Shown piece after piece: positions 41,271 to 49,882 of a stretch of DNA of 64,000 bases. This stretch comes from Roseateles sp. (lineage in GTDB: Bacteria > Pseudomonadota > Gammaproteobacteria > Burkholderiales > Burkholderiaceae_C): NCBI GenBank assembly GCA_041914785.1, contig JAYSCT010000002.1:19621-83620 (forward strand), read 5' to 3'. Within the stretch, counting starts at the first letter, position 1; every line of letters starts with the position of its first letter. Position numbers and translations under genes: made by a program. The notes under the pieces were generated by a model that was given only the letters and a program-made list of their open reading frames with translations, did not search any database and was not told where the DNA came from.

Positions 41271-42352
41271 AGCGCCATCGCGCCAACCCCCTGTTCATCG
41301 GCGGCTTCGTCGTCGCCGCGCTGGCCATCCTGGCCGTGGCCCTCATCGCGCTGCCCGGCCTGCACTGGTTCAAGCGCCCCGAGCGCGTGGTGATGTTCTT
41401 CTCCGGCTCCGTGTTCGGGCTGCAGAAGGGCGCGCCGGTGGTGTTCCGCGGCGTGCGCATCGGCGACGTGACCGATATCAGCGTGCACTACGACAGCACG
41501 CGGGACAGCTTCGCCATCCCCGTCGTCGCGCAGCTGGACGCCGACGCCGTGCGCGGCCTGGACGGCCGCATGGGCAACGACGACATCGCCCATGCGCTGC
41601 CCACGCTGATCGCGCGCGGCCTCAGCGCGCAGCTGGGCACGCAGAGCCTGGTGACCGGCCAGCTCTACGTGGACCTGGACTTCCGCACCAAGCCGCGCGG
41701 CACGCTGCACGGCGGCTACAAGGGCGAGGCCACGGAGATCCCGACCAGCGCCACCGCCTTCCAGGCGCTGAAGAACCAGCTGGAAAGCGTGGACCTGCGC
41801 AAGATCCTGGACGACCTCAGCCAGATCGCTGCATCGGCCAAGTCGCTGGTGGCCGCGCCGGAGCTCAAGCAGGGCATGCAGGACTTCGCCGCCACGGCGG
41901 CCCACGCGCGGCGGCTGGCCGCCGAGCTGGACCGCCGGGCCGTGCCGCTGACGCGCGGCGCCGAGTCGGCACTGGCCAGCGTGGACCGGGCCGGCGGCAA
42001 GGTCTCCACCGCCGCCGACAAGCTGGGCGACGGTGCCGACAAGGCCGGCGCGCTGCTGGACCCGAAGGGCGCCGTCGTGCGCGACCTGCAGCACGCCATG
42101 AACGAGCTGGCCCAGGCCAGCAGCGCGCTGCGCGAGGCCGCCGACACCGACGGCCCGCTGCTGCAGCAGACCGAACGCACGCTGCGCGAGCTGTCGCAGG
42201 CTGCCCGCACGCTGCGGCAGCTGGCCCGGTCGCTGGACGCCCAGCCGCAGCAGCTGCTGCTGGGCCGCCAGCCGGACGCCGGCCTGCCGGCCACCGCGCC
42301 GCCACCCGCCAAGGACCTCGCCCAGGATCTCGCCAAGGAGCCCGCACGATGA
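41267..42352 (+). CDS. MlaD/MCE domain protein
   Basis: GSVFGLQKGAPVVFRGVRIG, SLVTGQLYV, then a helical C-terminus. Confidence 0.9.
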   Translation: MKRHRANPLFIGGFVVAALAILAVALIALPGLHWFKRPERVVMFFSGSVFGLQKGAPVVFRGVRIGDVTDISVHYDSTRDSFAIPVVAQLDADAVRGLDGRMGNDDIAHALPTLIARGLSAQLGTQSLVTGQLYVDLDFRTKPRGTLHGGYKGEATEIPTSATAFQALKNQLESVDLRKILDDLSQIAASAKSLVAAPELKQGMQDFAATAAHARRLAAELDRRAVPLTRGAESALASVDRAGGKVSTAADKLGDGADKAGALLDPKGAVVRDLQHAMNELAQASSALREAADTDGPLLQQTERTLRELSQAARTLRQLARSLDAQPQQLLLGRQPDAGLPATAPPPAKDLAQDLAKEPAR

Positions 42353-42969
42353 CCGCTTCCCTGTCCACCCTGCCGCGCCGCGGCCTGCTGCTGGGCCTGG
42401 CCGCCGCCGCGCTGGCCGGCTGCGCGCACCGCGGCGCACCGGCCCGCCGCCTGTACGGCCTGACCGGGCTGCCGCCGCTGCCCGACGACGCCCGCCCCGG
42501 CCGCGACAACCGCGCCTGGGTGCTGGGCCCGCAGGTGGCCCTGCCCGAGCTGCTGGACCGCGACGAGATCCTCGTGGCCTCGGGCAGCGCCGGCCTGGCG
42601 CCATTGCCCGAGGCCCGCTGGGCCGAACCGCTGCGCGACGCGCTGCCCCGGCTGCTGGCGGAAGACCTGGCGCGGCTGCGCCAGCCCTACCCCGTGGCGC
42701 TGGGCAAGCCGCAGGCCCCGGCCGGCGAGTCGCTGCGACTGGTGGTGCGCGTGGACGAATGGCTGGCCCGGCCGGACGCCGCCGGCCTGCGGCTGGCGCT
42801 GCGCGCACGCTGGCACTGGCTGCCGCTGCAGGCCCCGGCCGACACGCCGCTGCCCGCCCCCGGCAGCGCCGACCTGGCGCTGCCCTGCGCCGCGCAGGCG
42901 GATGCGCTGGCCGAGGCCTACCGGCGCAGCGTGACCGCGCTGGCGGCGCGTATCGTCGCGTCGTCCTGA
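42349..42969 (+). CDS. PqiC-like ABC transport auxiliary lipoprotein
   Basis: LAGC lipobox; LPELLDRDEI...RWAEPL. Confidence 0.85.
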   Translation: MTASLSTLPRRGLLLGLAAAALAGCAHRGAPARRLYGLTGLPPLPDDARPGRDNRAWVLGPQVALPELLDRDEILVASGSAGLAPLPEARWAEPLRDALPRLLAEDLARLRQPYPVALGKPQAPAGESLRLVVRVDEWLARPDAAGLRLALRARWHWLPLQAPADTPLPAPGSADLALPCAAQADALAEAYRRSVTALAARIVASS

Positions 42970-42988
42970 CCCCTTCGCCGAAACCGCC

Positions 42989-43537
42989 ATGCACCGCCTG
43001 ACCCGCCTGCTCCTCCTCGCCGCCACCGCGGCCTGCACCGCCTGCGGCACGCCCGGCGCCGGCCAGCCGCCGCTGCCCACCGTGCCCCGGGTGGACCTGG
43101 CCCGCTACGCCGGCAGCTGGTACGAGATCGCGCTGCTGCCCAACCGCTTCCAGAAGCAGTGCGTGGCCGACACGCAGGCCACCTACCGGCTCGACGGCGA
43201 CCGCGTGGCGGTGCTGAACCGCTGCCGCACCGCCGACGGCCGCGTGGAGGACATCCAGGGCCACGCCAAGGTCGTGCCCGACAGCGGCAACGCCAAGCTG
43301 CGCGTGAGCTTCTTCTGGCCCATCTACGGCGACTACTGGATCGTGGCGCTGGACCCGGACTACCGCCACGTGCTGGTGGGCACCCCGGACCGCGGCTACG
43401 CCTGGGTGCTGTCGCGCACGCCGCAGCTGGACGAGACGGTGTTGAACGGGCTGCTGGACCGCGCCGCGGCGCTGGGCTTCGATCGCGGCGCGTTCAGGCG
43501 GACGCCGCAGACCCGCCCCCTGCCCGCGGCCTCCTAG
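42989..43537 (+). CDS. blc: outer membrane lipocalin
   Basis: DLARYAGSWYEIA, GDYWIVALDPDY and WVLSRTP motifs. Confidence 0.9.
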   Translation: MHRLTRLLLLAATAACTACGTPGAGQPPLPTVPRVDLARYAGSWYEIALLPNRFQKQCVADTQATYRLDGDRVAVLNRCRTADGRVEDIQGHAKVVPDSGNAKLRVSFFWPIYGDYWIVALDPDYRHVLVGTPDRGYAWVLSRTPQLDETVLNGLLDRAAALGFDRGAFRRTPQTRPLPAAS

Positions 43538-46008
43538 ACCGGCAGCCAGCGGCCCGCGTCGCGCCGCGCCAGGCCGGCTTCGCCGAAGCGCCACAGGTGC
43601 AGCCAGCCGTGGCCCAGCAGCTGCTGCAGCACCGCGTGCTTTGCGATGACCGCCTCGATCGCGGCCTCGCGGGCGTCGATGACCACCGTCAGCCGCAGGG
43701 GCTCGTGCACCCAGCGCCGGCCGTCGTGCAGCGACTGGCGCGACAGGCCGATGCGCAGGTCGCCGCCGTTGCCCTCGAACACGCCGAGGTGGCCGCCCAC
43801 GACGTTGTGCAGCAGCTTGTTGCCGCTGCCCAGCCGCCCGGGGTCGCAGGTGGAGGCGTGGTACTGCCAGTTGATCCAGTGCGTGACCAGCAGGGGCGCC
43901 GTCATCAGCAGCTCCAGCAGGCTGCCGTCGGCGTCCTGCGTGGCGTCGTAGTCGTGCAGGAAGGCGCGGCCCTGCAGCACCGTGCCCCAGGTGCGCGCGC
44001 GCGGCGCGATGACGAAGGCGGCGTTGCCCGCCAGCCCCCATTCGGGCCGCGTCTGCGCGCCGTCGTTGGCGCGCCGGCGCAGCTGGGCCAGCAGCTCGCC
44101 GGCGGCGCCGCGTGCCTGCAGGCCCAGTGACGCGGCGCGCTCGCGGCGCACGCGGTCGCCGGCCGCGGCGAACACCGGCTGCCAGCGGGCCCAGCGCTGG
44201 CGCGCCTCGGGCGGCAGCAGGTCGAGGTCGAAGCCCTCGATCTCGTCGGTGGTGGTGTTGTGCAGCGCGGCCACGAAGCGGGTCTCGGCCGGCACGGCCA
44301 GGCCCAGCGCCGGCAGCGCGGCACGCACGTCGGCATCGTTGAGCAGCAGGGCCAGGCTGCGTGCGTTGACCTCGCCGGTCTGGCCGCAGCAGGCGCCGCA
44401 GTCCAGCGCCGCGGCCTGGGCGTTGTTGGCGGACTGGCTGCCATGGCCCACCAGCATCACCAGCGGCGCGGCGCCGCGGGCCAGGCCCAGGCCTTTCAGC
44501 ACGCGGGCGGCGAGCTGGGCACGCTCGTCCCCGCTCAACCCCGTGAGCATGGGCCGGCAGACGGGACGGTAGCGCGCCGGCAGGCCGGCCTGGTCGCCGC
44601 TGTCGCGCGCCTGCTCGCGCGGCCACAGCCAGCCGCCCAGCTTGCCCAGGTAGCCCACGCCCAGCGATTCGACGAAGGAGAAGGCGGCGCCGGGCCAGCG
44701 CGTGGTGGCCTCCCACTGCGCGGCCCAGGCCAGGCGCTGGCGGCGTGCGGCGGCAGCCGTGGCGGCCGCGGCGGCGCCGGGCAGCTGGTCGGTCACCTCC
44801 ACGGTGGGCTGCAGCAGGCCGGGCAGCTGCGGCCGGCGCGCCCCCGTCCCCAGCGGCGTGTAGGCCGCCGGCACGCCGAAGAAACCGGCGAAGCCCAGCG
44901 TCTGCAGCGCGGGCGCGGTGGCCTCCAGCGCGCGGCGCAGCGGCTCGCTGCGCACGTCGATGCAGAACACCGCCTGCGCCTCGGGCTCGGCGGGCTGGAA
45001 GCCGGGCGCCTGCTGCAGCCGCTGGGCCAGCTCGCGCTGGTAACCCAGCTCCAGCGCGAGCTGCCAGACCTCGTCGACGACCAGCGCCTGTTCGGCCTGG
45101 CGCAGCCGCTCGGGCGCGCGGCGCCATTCGGCCTGCAGCGCCGCGAAGGCCTGGCGGGCGGCCACGTCGTCCTTGACCTCCAGCAGCACGGCGCCCCACG
45201 CCAGGCGGATGGCCAGCAGGTCGCGCAGGTGCTCGTGCGCGGGCGCACCCGCCGGCGCCTGCCAGGCCAGGTAGGCGCACCATGACGCCCAGCCCTGCAC
45301 GGTGAGCAGCACGGCCTCCAGGTAGTCCGCCCAGGCGTCGTCGGGCAGCTGCAGGTGGCGCAGCGCCCAGGCTTCGGCGTCCTCGCGCGTGGCCGGCAGC
45401 GCCTGCAGGCCACGTTGCAGCCCTGGCAGGCCCATCAGCGTGCCGATGCCGTGGTCATGCGTCAGCGTGTCGCGCCAGAACGCGTACAGGCCGGAGCCGC
45501 GCTCGGGCTGCCAGTCGGCCTGCGCGCGGTCGAAGAAGGCGGCACAGGTCTGGCTGACCTGGTGGGTGATGGCCTGGCGCCAGGTCAGGCGGGTGTCGCG
45601 GGCGGGGTCGTTGTCGAGCACGTCGATGAGCAGCGGCAGCGGCTGCAGGCCCGGGATCGGCTCGGGCGCGTCCAGCGCGGCGACGCAGTGCGCCTCGGTG
45701 AGGCCGGCGGCGTCGGGCACGCGCTGCAGCGCCAGCGCCAGGTCCTGCGGCGCCATGCGGCCGCTGCGCCAGGCCTCGCGCTGCCGCGCCCGCGGCGGGA
45801 AGACCTGGATGCCGCCCAGCAGCGCCATGCGCGCGGCCACGCGCCGCAGCGGCAGACCGATGCGCTGCCAGTGCGGGTTGACGGCGATGGCGCGGTCCAG
45901 CGGCCAGGTGGGCGCGATCGCGCCGCAGGCCTGGGCGCAGGCGGCCTGGATGCGGGTGTGCATCTCGGCCCGGCCGAGGGCGTCGTGTTCGAGGGCGTCG
46001 GTGTGCAT
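43534..46008 (-). CDS. dabA: DabA (YbcC/DUF2309) inorganic carbon transporter subunit
   Basis: IAPTWPL, CIDVRSE, GHGS, LDCGACCG zinc ligands; RPEWGLAGNA. Confidence 0.92.
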   Translation of the reverse strand: MHTDALEHDALGRAEMHTRIQAACAQACGAIAPTWPLDRAIAVNPHWQRIGLPLRRVAARMALLGGIQVFPPRARQREAWRSGRMAPQDLALALQRVPDAAGLTEAHCVAALDAPEPIPGLQPLPLLIDVLDNDPARDTRLTWRQAITHQVSQTCAAFFDRAQADWQPERGSGLYAFWRDTLTHDHGIGTLMGLPGLQRGLQALPATREDAEAWALRHLQLPDDAWADYLEAVLLTVQGWASWCAYLAWQAPAGAPAHEHLRDLLAIRLAWGAVLLEVKDDVAARQAFAALQAEWRRAPERLRQAEQALVVDEVWQLALELGYQRELAQRLQQAPGFQPAEPEAQAVFCIDVRSEPLRRALEATAPALQTLGFAGFFGVPAAYTPLGTGARRPQLPGLLQPTVEVTDQLPGAAAAATAAAARRQRLAWAAQWEATTRWPGAAFSFVESLGVGYLGKLGGWLWPREQARDSGDQAGLPARYRPVCRPMLTGLSGDERAQLAARVLKGLGLARGAAPLVMLVGHGSQSANNAQAAALDCGACCGQTGEVNARSLALLLNDADVRAALPALGLAVPAETRFVAALHNTTTDEIEGFDLDLLPPEARQRWARWQPVFAAAGDRVRRERAASLGLQARGAAGELLAQLRRRANDGAQTRPEWGLAGNAAFVIAPRARTWGTVLQGRAFLHDYDATQDADGSLLELLMTAPLLVTHWINWQYHASTCDPGRLGSGNKLLHNVVGGHLGVFEGNGGDLRIGLSRQSLHDGRRWVHEPLRLTVVIDAREAAIEAVIAKHAVLQQLLGHGWLHLWRFGEAGLARRDAGRWLPV

Positions 46009-46019
46009 GGCGGGTCCGG

Positions 46020-47525
46020 TCAGGTCGTGGCGGGGCGGGGCTGCGGCGGCGGTGCGGGCGTCCAGCGGCGTGGCCACAGGCGCAGGCTCCAGCGGGTGGT
46101 GAACTCGTCGAGGTAGAAGCCGGCATAGCTCCAGCGGCGCGCGGCCAGCAGCGCGGCGGGGCGCAGCTGCAGCGCGGCCAGCACGGCATGCAGCCCGGCC
46201 ATGCCGGCCAGGGCCAGCAGGCCGAGCGCGTCGTGCGGTGCGTCGTGCAGGCCCAGCGGCAGCGCATGGGCGGCGCGGGCCACGGCGGTCAGCAGCGCCG
46301 TGGCGGCCAGGCCGGTGGCCAGCGCCGGCAGCGACGCCACCCACAGCAGCGGCGCCCACGCCAGCGCCAGCAGGCCCGTCCACCACCACGGCCAGGCGCC
46401 GCCCACGGCCAGCACGACGGCCAGCGACAGCAGCGGCGCGGCCAGCAGGCTCGCACGCGCCGGCGGCGGCGGGGTGTGCAGCGCGCGTGCCCGTGTCTGC
46501 CGCACCGCGTCGGAGGCCGCCAGGAAGGCGTGCGCCTTGTAGATGGAGTGCCCCAGCAGGTGCAGCGCGGCCAGCGTGTACAGCCCCAGGCCGCACTCCA
46601 GCACCATGAAGCCCATCTGCGCCACGGTGCTCCAGGCCAGGCGCACCTTGATGCTGATGCGGGTGAGCATGACGAGGCCGGCACCCAGCGCCGTCAGCAG
46701 GCCCAGCACGACGAGCGCCGTGCGCGCCGGCATGGCCGCCTCCAGCAGCGGCGCGCAGCGGATCAGCACGACACCGCCGAGGTTGACCACGCCCGCATGC
46801 AGCAGCGCAGACACCGGCGTGGGGGCCTCCATGACCTGGATCAGCCAGCCATGCACAGGCATCAGCGCGGTACGCAGCACGACGGCGGCCACCAGCAGCG
46901 CGGCCGCCGCCTGCAGCGGCATGGACAGGCCCTGGGCCTGCACATGGGCGGCCAGGTCGCTCAGCGAACCGCTGCCCACCTCGTGCCAGCTCAGGCCGGC
47001 GGCGGCCAACAGCGCGACGTCGGCCGCGCGGTCGGCCACACGCTTCTTGTGCGCGGCCAGCAGCGCGAACGGGCGGTCGGGGTAGAAGCACAGCAGCCGC
47101 TCCAGCGCCAGGCCCACGCCGGCCCAGGCGGCGATCAGCACGCCCCAGTGGTCGGCCAGCAGCAGCAGTTGCACGCTGCCCAGCACGCCCGCCAGCGCCG
47201 CGGCATAGCGGGCCTGGCGGGCCTCGCCGTCGAGGTAGCGGGCCGAGAACACGGCCACGACGACGCCCAGCCCCTGCACCAGCACGGCGACGGTGGCACC
47301 GAACAGCGTCGGGCGCAGCGCCGGCAGCAGCGGCGCGGGGGCGGCCAGGGCCTGGCCCGCCAGCGCGGCGATGGCGGCCAGCAGCGCCAGCGTCGCGCTG
47401 GTGCGCAACACCGCCCAGGCGCGGCGGTCAGGGCCCGCGTGGACGGCCAGGCCGGCCATGGCCAGCAGCATCAGTGCGGCCGGCAGCAGCGCGGCGCCGG
47501 CGAGGAGGAGGTCGAGAGGTTCCAT
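46020..47525 (-). CDS. dabB: DabB (NuoL/ND5-like) membrane subunit
   Basis: WLIQVMEAPTPVSALLHAG, STVAQMGFM and HSIYKAHAFL; directly upstream of dabA. Confidence 0.9.
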   Translation of the reverse strand: MEPLDLLLAGAALLPAALMLLAMAGLAVHAGPDRRAWAVLRTSATLALLAAIAALAGQALAAPAPLLPALRPTLFGATVAVLVQGLGVVVAVFSARYLDGEARQARYAAALAGVLGSVQLLLLADHWGVLIAAWAGVGLALERLLCFYPDRPFALLAAHKKRVADRAADVALLAAAGLSWHEVGSGSLSDLAAHVQAQGLSMPLQAAAALLVAAVVLRTALMPVHGWLIQVMEAPTPVSALLHAGVVNLGGVVLIRCAPLLEAAMPARTALVVLGLLTALGAGLVMLTRISIKVRLAWSTVAQMGFMVLECGLGLYTLAALHLLGHSIYKAHAFLAASDAVRQTRARALHTPPPPARASLLAAPLLSLAVVLAVGGAWPWWWTGLLALAWAPLLWVASLPALATGLAATALLTAVARAAHALPLGLHDAPHDALGLLALAGMAGLHAVLAALQLRPAALLAARRWSYAGFYLDEFTTRWSLRLWPRRWTPAPPPQPRPATT

Positions 47526-47601
47526 GGCCTGGCATGGTGGCGATGCGCTTCCGTTCTGTAAAATTCAATAAACAAAACGAATTCATCGATCAAACAGAAC
47601 G

Positions 47602-48486
47602 ATGCGCCTGGAACAGCTCAACTTCCACCACCTCTTCTACTTCTGGCGGGTGGCCAGGCTGGGCCACCTGACGCGGGCCGCCGAGGAGGTGCACACCTCG
47701 CAGTCGGCGCTGTCGGCGCAGATCCGGCAATTGGAGGAGCGGCTGGGCGAGGCGCTGTTCACGCGCGAGAACCGGCGCCTGGTGCTGACCGAGGCGGGCC
47801 AGGTGGTGCTGGACTACGCCGAGGACATCTTCGGCCTGGGCCAGGAGCTGCTGGGGCGGCTGCAGGGCCGCAGCCAGGGGCTCGCGCGGCTGCGCGTGGG
47901 CAGCGTGGCGACCATGTCGCGCAACTACCAGGAGAACCTGCTGCGGCCGCTGCTGGCCGACCCCGACCTGGTGCTGACGCTGGAGTCCGGCCTGCTGGAC
48001 GGGCTGCTGCAGCGGCTGGCCGAGCACCAGCTCGACGTGGTGCTGGCCAACCAGAGCGTGCCGGCCGACCCCGAGCGGCCGCTGCACTGCCGCTTCCTGG
48101 CCAGCCAGGCGATCTCCATCGTCGGCCCGGCGAGCCGCTGGCCGGCCGGCGCCCTGCGCGTGCCGCAGGATCTGCACGGCGTGGACATCGCGCTGCCCGG
48201 CCCGCGCCACGCGGTGCGCGGCCAGTTCGACGCGCTGTGCGCCTCGGCCGGCGTGACGCCGCGGCTGCGGGCCGAGGTGGATGACATGGCGCTGCTGCGC
48301 CTGATCGCCCGCGACAGCGGCTGGCTGGCGCTGCTGCCGGAGGTGGTGGTGCAGGACGAGCTCAAGCACGGCCAGCTCGTCATCGCCGGGCAGTCGGCGG
48401 AGCTGACCGAGAGCTTCTACGCCATCACGGCGCCGCGCCGGCACCGCGTGCAGGCGCTGGAGAAGCTGCTGGCGCCGGCGGGGTGA
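47602..48486 (+). CDS. LysR family regulator (NhaR-like), divergent from dabBA
   Basis: LNFHHLFYFW...SQSALSAQIRQLE; AT-rich 76-bp divergent intergenic region. Confidence 0.93.
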   Translation: MRLEQLNFHHLFYFWRVARLGHLTRAAEEVHTSQSALSAQIRQLEERLGEALFTRENRRLVLTEAGQVVLDYAEDIFGLGQELLGRLQGRSQGLARLRVGSVATMSRNYQENLLRPLLADPDLVLTLESGLLDGLLQRLAEHQLDVVLANQSVPADPERPLHCRFLASQAISIVGPASRWPAGALRVPQDLHGVDIALPGPRHAVRGQFDALCASAGVTPRLRAEVDDMALLRLIARDSGWLALLPEVVVQDELKHGQLVIAGQSAELTESFYAITAPRRHRVQALEKLLAPAG

Positions 48487-48489
48487 CGG

Positions 48490-49881
48490 CTACGGCGCCG
48501 TCAACCGCGCCGCAAACGCCTTGTGCACGCCCAGCAGCGCGGTGGCGCGCGCCGTCTGCACCTGGATCAGCGCGTCGGCCGCGGCCAGGCGTTCCTGTTC
48601 GGCGTCGAGCAGCGCGTAGAAGTCGGTCACGCCGGCGTCGTAGCGCTTGAAGGCGAGGTCGCGCGCGCGCACGGTGGCGTCCGCCGCCTGCGCCTGGGCC
48701 ACGGCCTGCAGCTCGGTCTCGCGCAGCGTCGACAGGCTGCCCTGTGCGTCCTGCAGCGCGGTGAGCTGCGCCTGCTCGGCGGCGGCCACGGCCGCGTCGA
48801 AGCCGGCGCGGGCGGCCGTCTCCTCGGCCTTGCGGGCGCCGAAGTCCAGGAAGTTCCAGTTCAGCGCGGCGGCCAGGCTGTGGATCTGCGTGCCGCTCTT
48901 GAACAGGTCACCCGCCTTGCCGGCGCTCCAGCCGATCTGGCCGGTCAGGCCCAGCGTGGGCCAGCGCGCGGCCCAGGCGACCTGGGCCCGCGCGGCGGCG
49001 GCCTGCGCGCGCACGGTGGCGGCCTTCACGTCCGGGCGCGCGGCCAGCAGGCCGGCGGGATCGGGCAGCGTGCCCAGGCTGACGAGGCGCGGCTCGGGCA
49101 TCGCGGGCAGCGGGTCGGTGTCGGCCTTGTCGCAGTCGGCCGGCGGCTGGCCGCGCAGCACGTCCAGCTGCAGGCGGGTCAGGCACGCCGCGTTGCGCAG
49201 CGCGGGCACGCTGGCGGAGGTCTGCGCGACGAGCGCTTCGGCGCGGGCCTGGTCCAGCGCGGTGTTGCGGCCGGCGCCGACGCGGGCCTTCACGAGGTCC
49301 AGCAGCTGGTTCTGCACGACCAGCGTTTCCTTCGCGAGCTTGAGGCGATGGCCCAGGCCGATGAGCTGGGCCTGCAGGTTCAGCGCGGTGCCGGCCAGGC
49401 TGAGCTGGGCGGCGTCGCGGTCCAGCGCGGCGCCCTGGGCGTCATAACCGGCCGCCTGCGCGGTGGCCGACACGCGGCCCCACAGGTCGATCTCCCAGGC
49501 CGCCGTCGCGTTGACGCCGTAGCTGTTGAAGTTGTTGTACTGGCCCTGGTCGTTGGCGGCGCGCTGGCGGCTGGCGTTGGCGCCCACGCCCACCGACGGC
49601 AGGCGGCGCGCGCCGGCTGCGTCGGCCAGCGCTTCGGCCTGCTTGAGCCGCGCGGCGGCGGCGCGCAGGTCGCGGTTGTTGGCCAGCACGTCGTCGACGA
49701 CGCGCTGCAGCTGTGCGCTGTCGACGAAGGCGGCGGTCATCTGCGCGGCGCCGTTGCTGGCGGGCGGCAGTTGCGTGAAGCTCGCCGGGGCCAGGTTTTG
49801 CGGACCTTGTGACAGGCCGGGTGCGGCGCAGCCGGCCAGCAGCAGGGCGGCCGCGGCAAGGGGGGTCAGGCGGATGAGCAT
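48490..49881 (-). CDS. RND efflux outer membrane lipoprotein (NodT/OprN type)
   Basis: LAGC lipobox; NNRDL, WEIDLWGR and RPDV motifs. Confidence 0.92.
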   Translation of the reverse strand: MLIRLTPLAAAALLLAGCAAPGLSQGPQNLAPASFTQLPPASNGAAQMTAAFVDSAQLQRVVDDVLANNRDLRAAAARLKQAEALADAAGARRLPSVGVGANASRQRAANDQGQYNNFNSYGVNATAAWEIDLWGRVSATAQAAGYDAQGAALDRDAAQLSLAGTALNLQAQLIGLGHRLKLAKETLVVQNQLLDLVKARVGAGRNTALDQARAEALVAQTSASVPALRNAACLTRLQLDVLRGQPPADCDKADTDPLPAMPEPRLVSLGTLPDPAGLLAARPDVKAATVRAQAAAARAQVAWAARWPTLGLTGQIGWSAGKAGDLFKSGTQIHSLAAALNWNFLDFGARKAEETAARAGFDAAVAAAEQAQLTALQDAQGSLSTLRETELQAVAQAQAADATVRARDLAFKRYDAGVTDFYALLDAEQERLAAADALIQVQTARATALLGVHKAFAARLTAP

Positions 49882-49882
49882 G

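Noticed and set aside
46020-47525. NADH dehydrogenase subunit L (nuoL)
   Set aside because: No other nuo genes are present; adjacency to DUF2309 identifies it as DabB.
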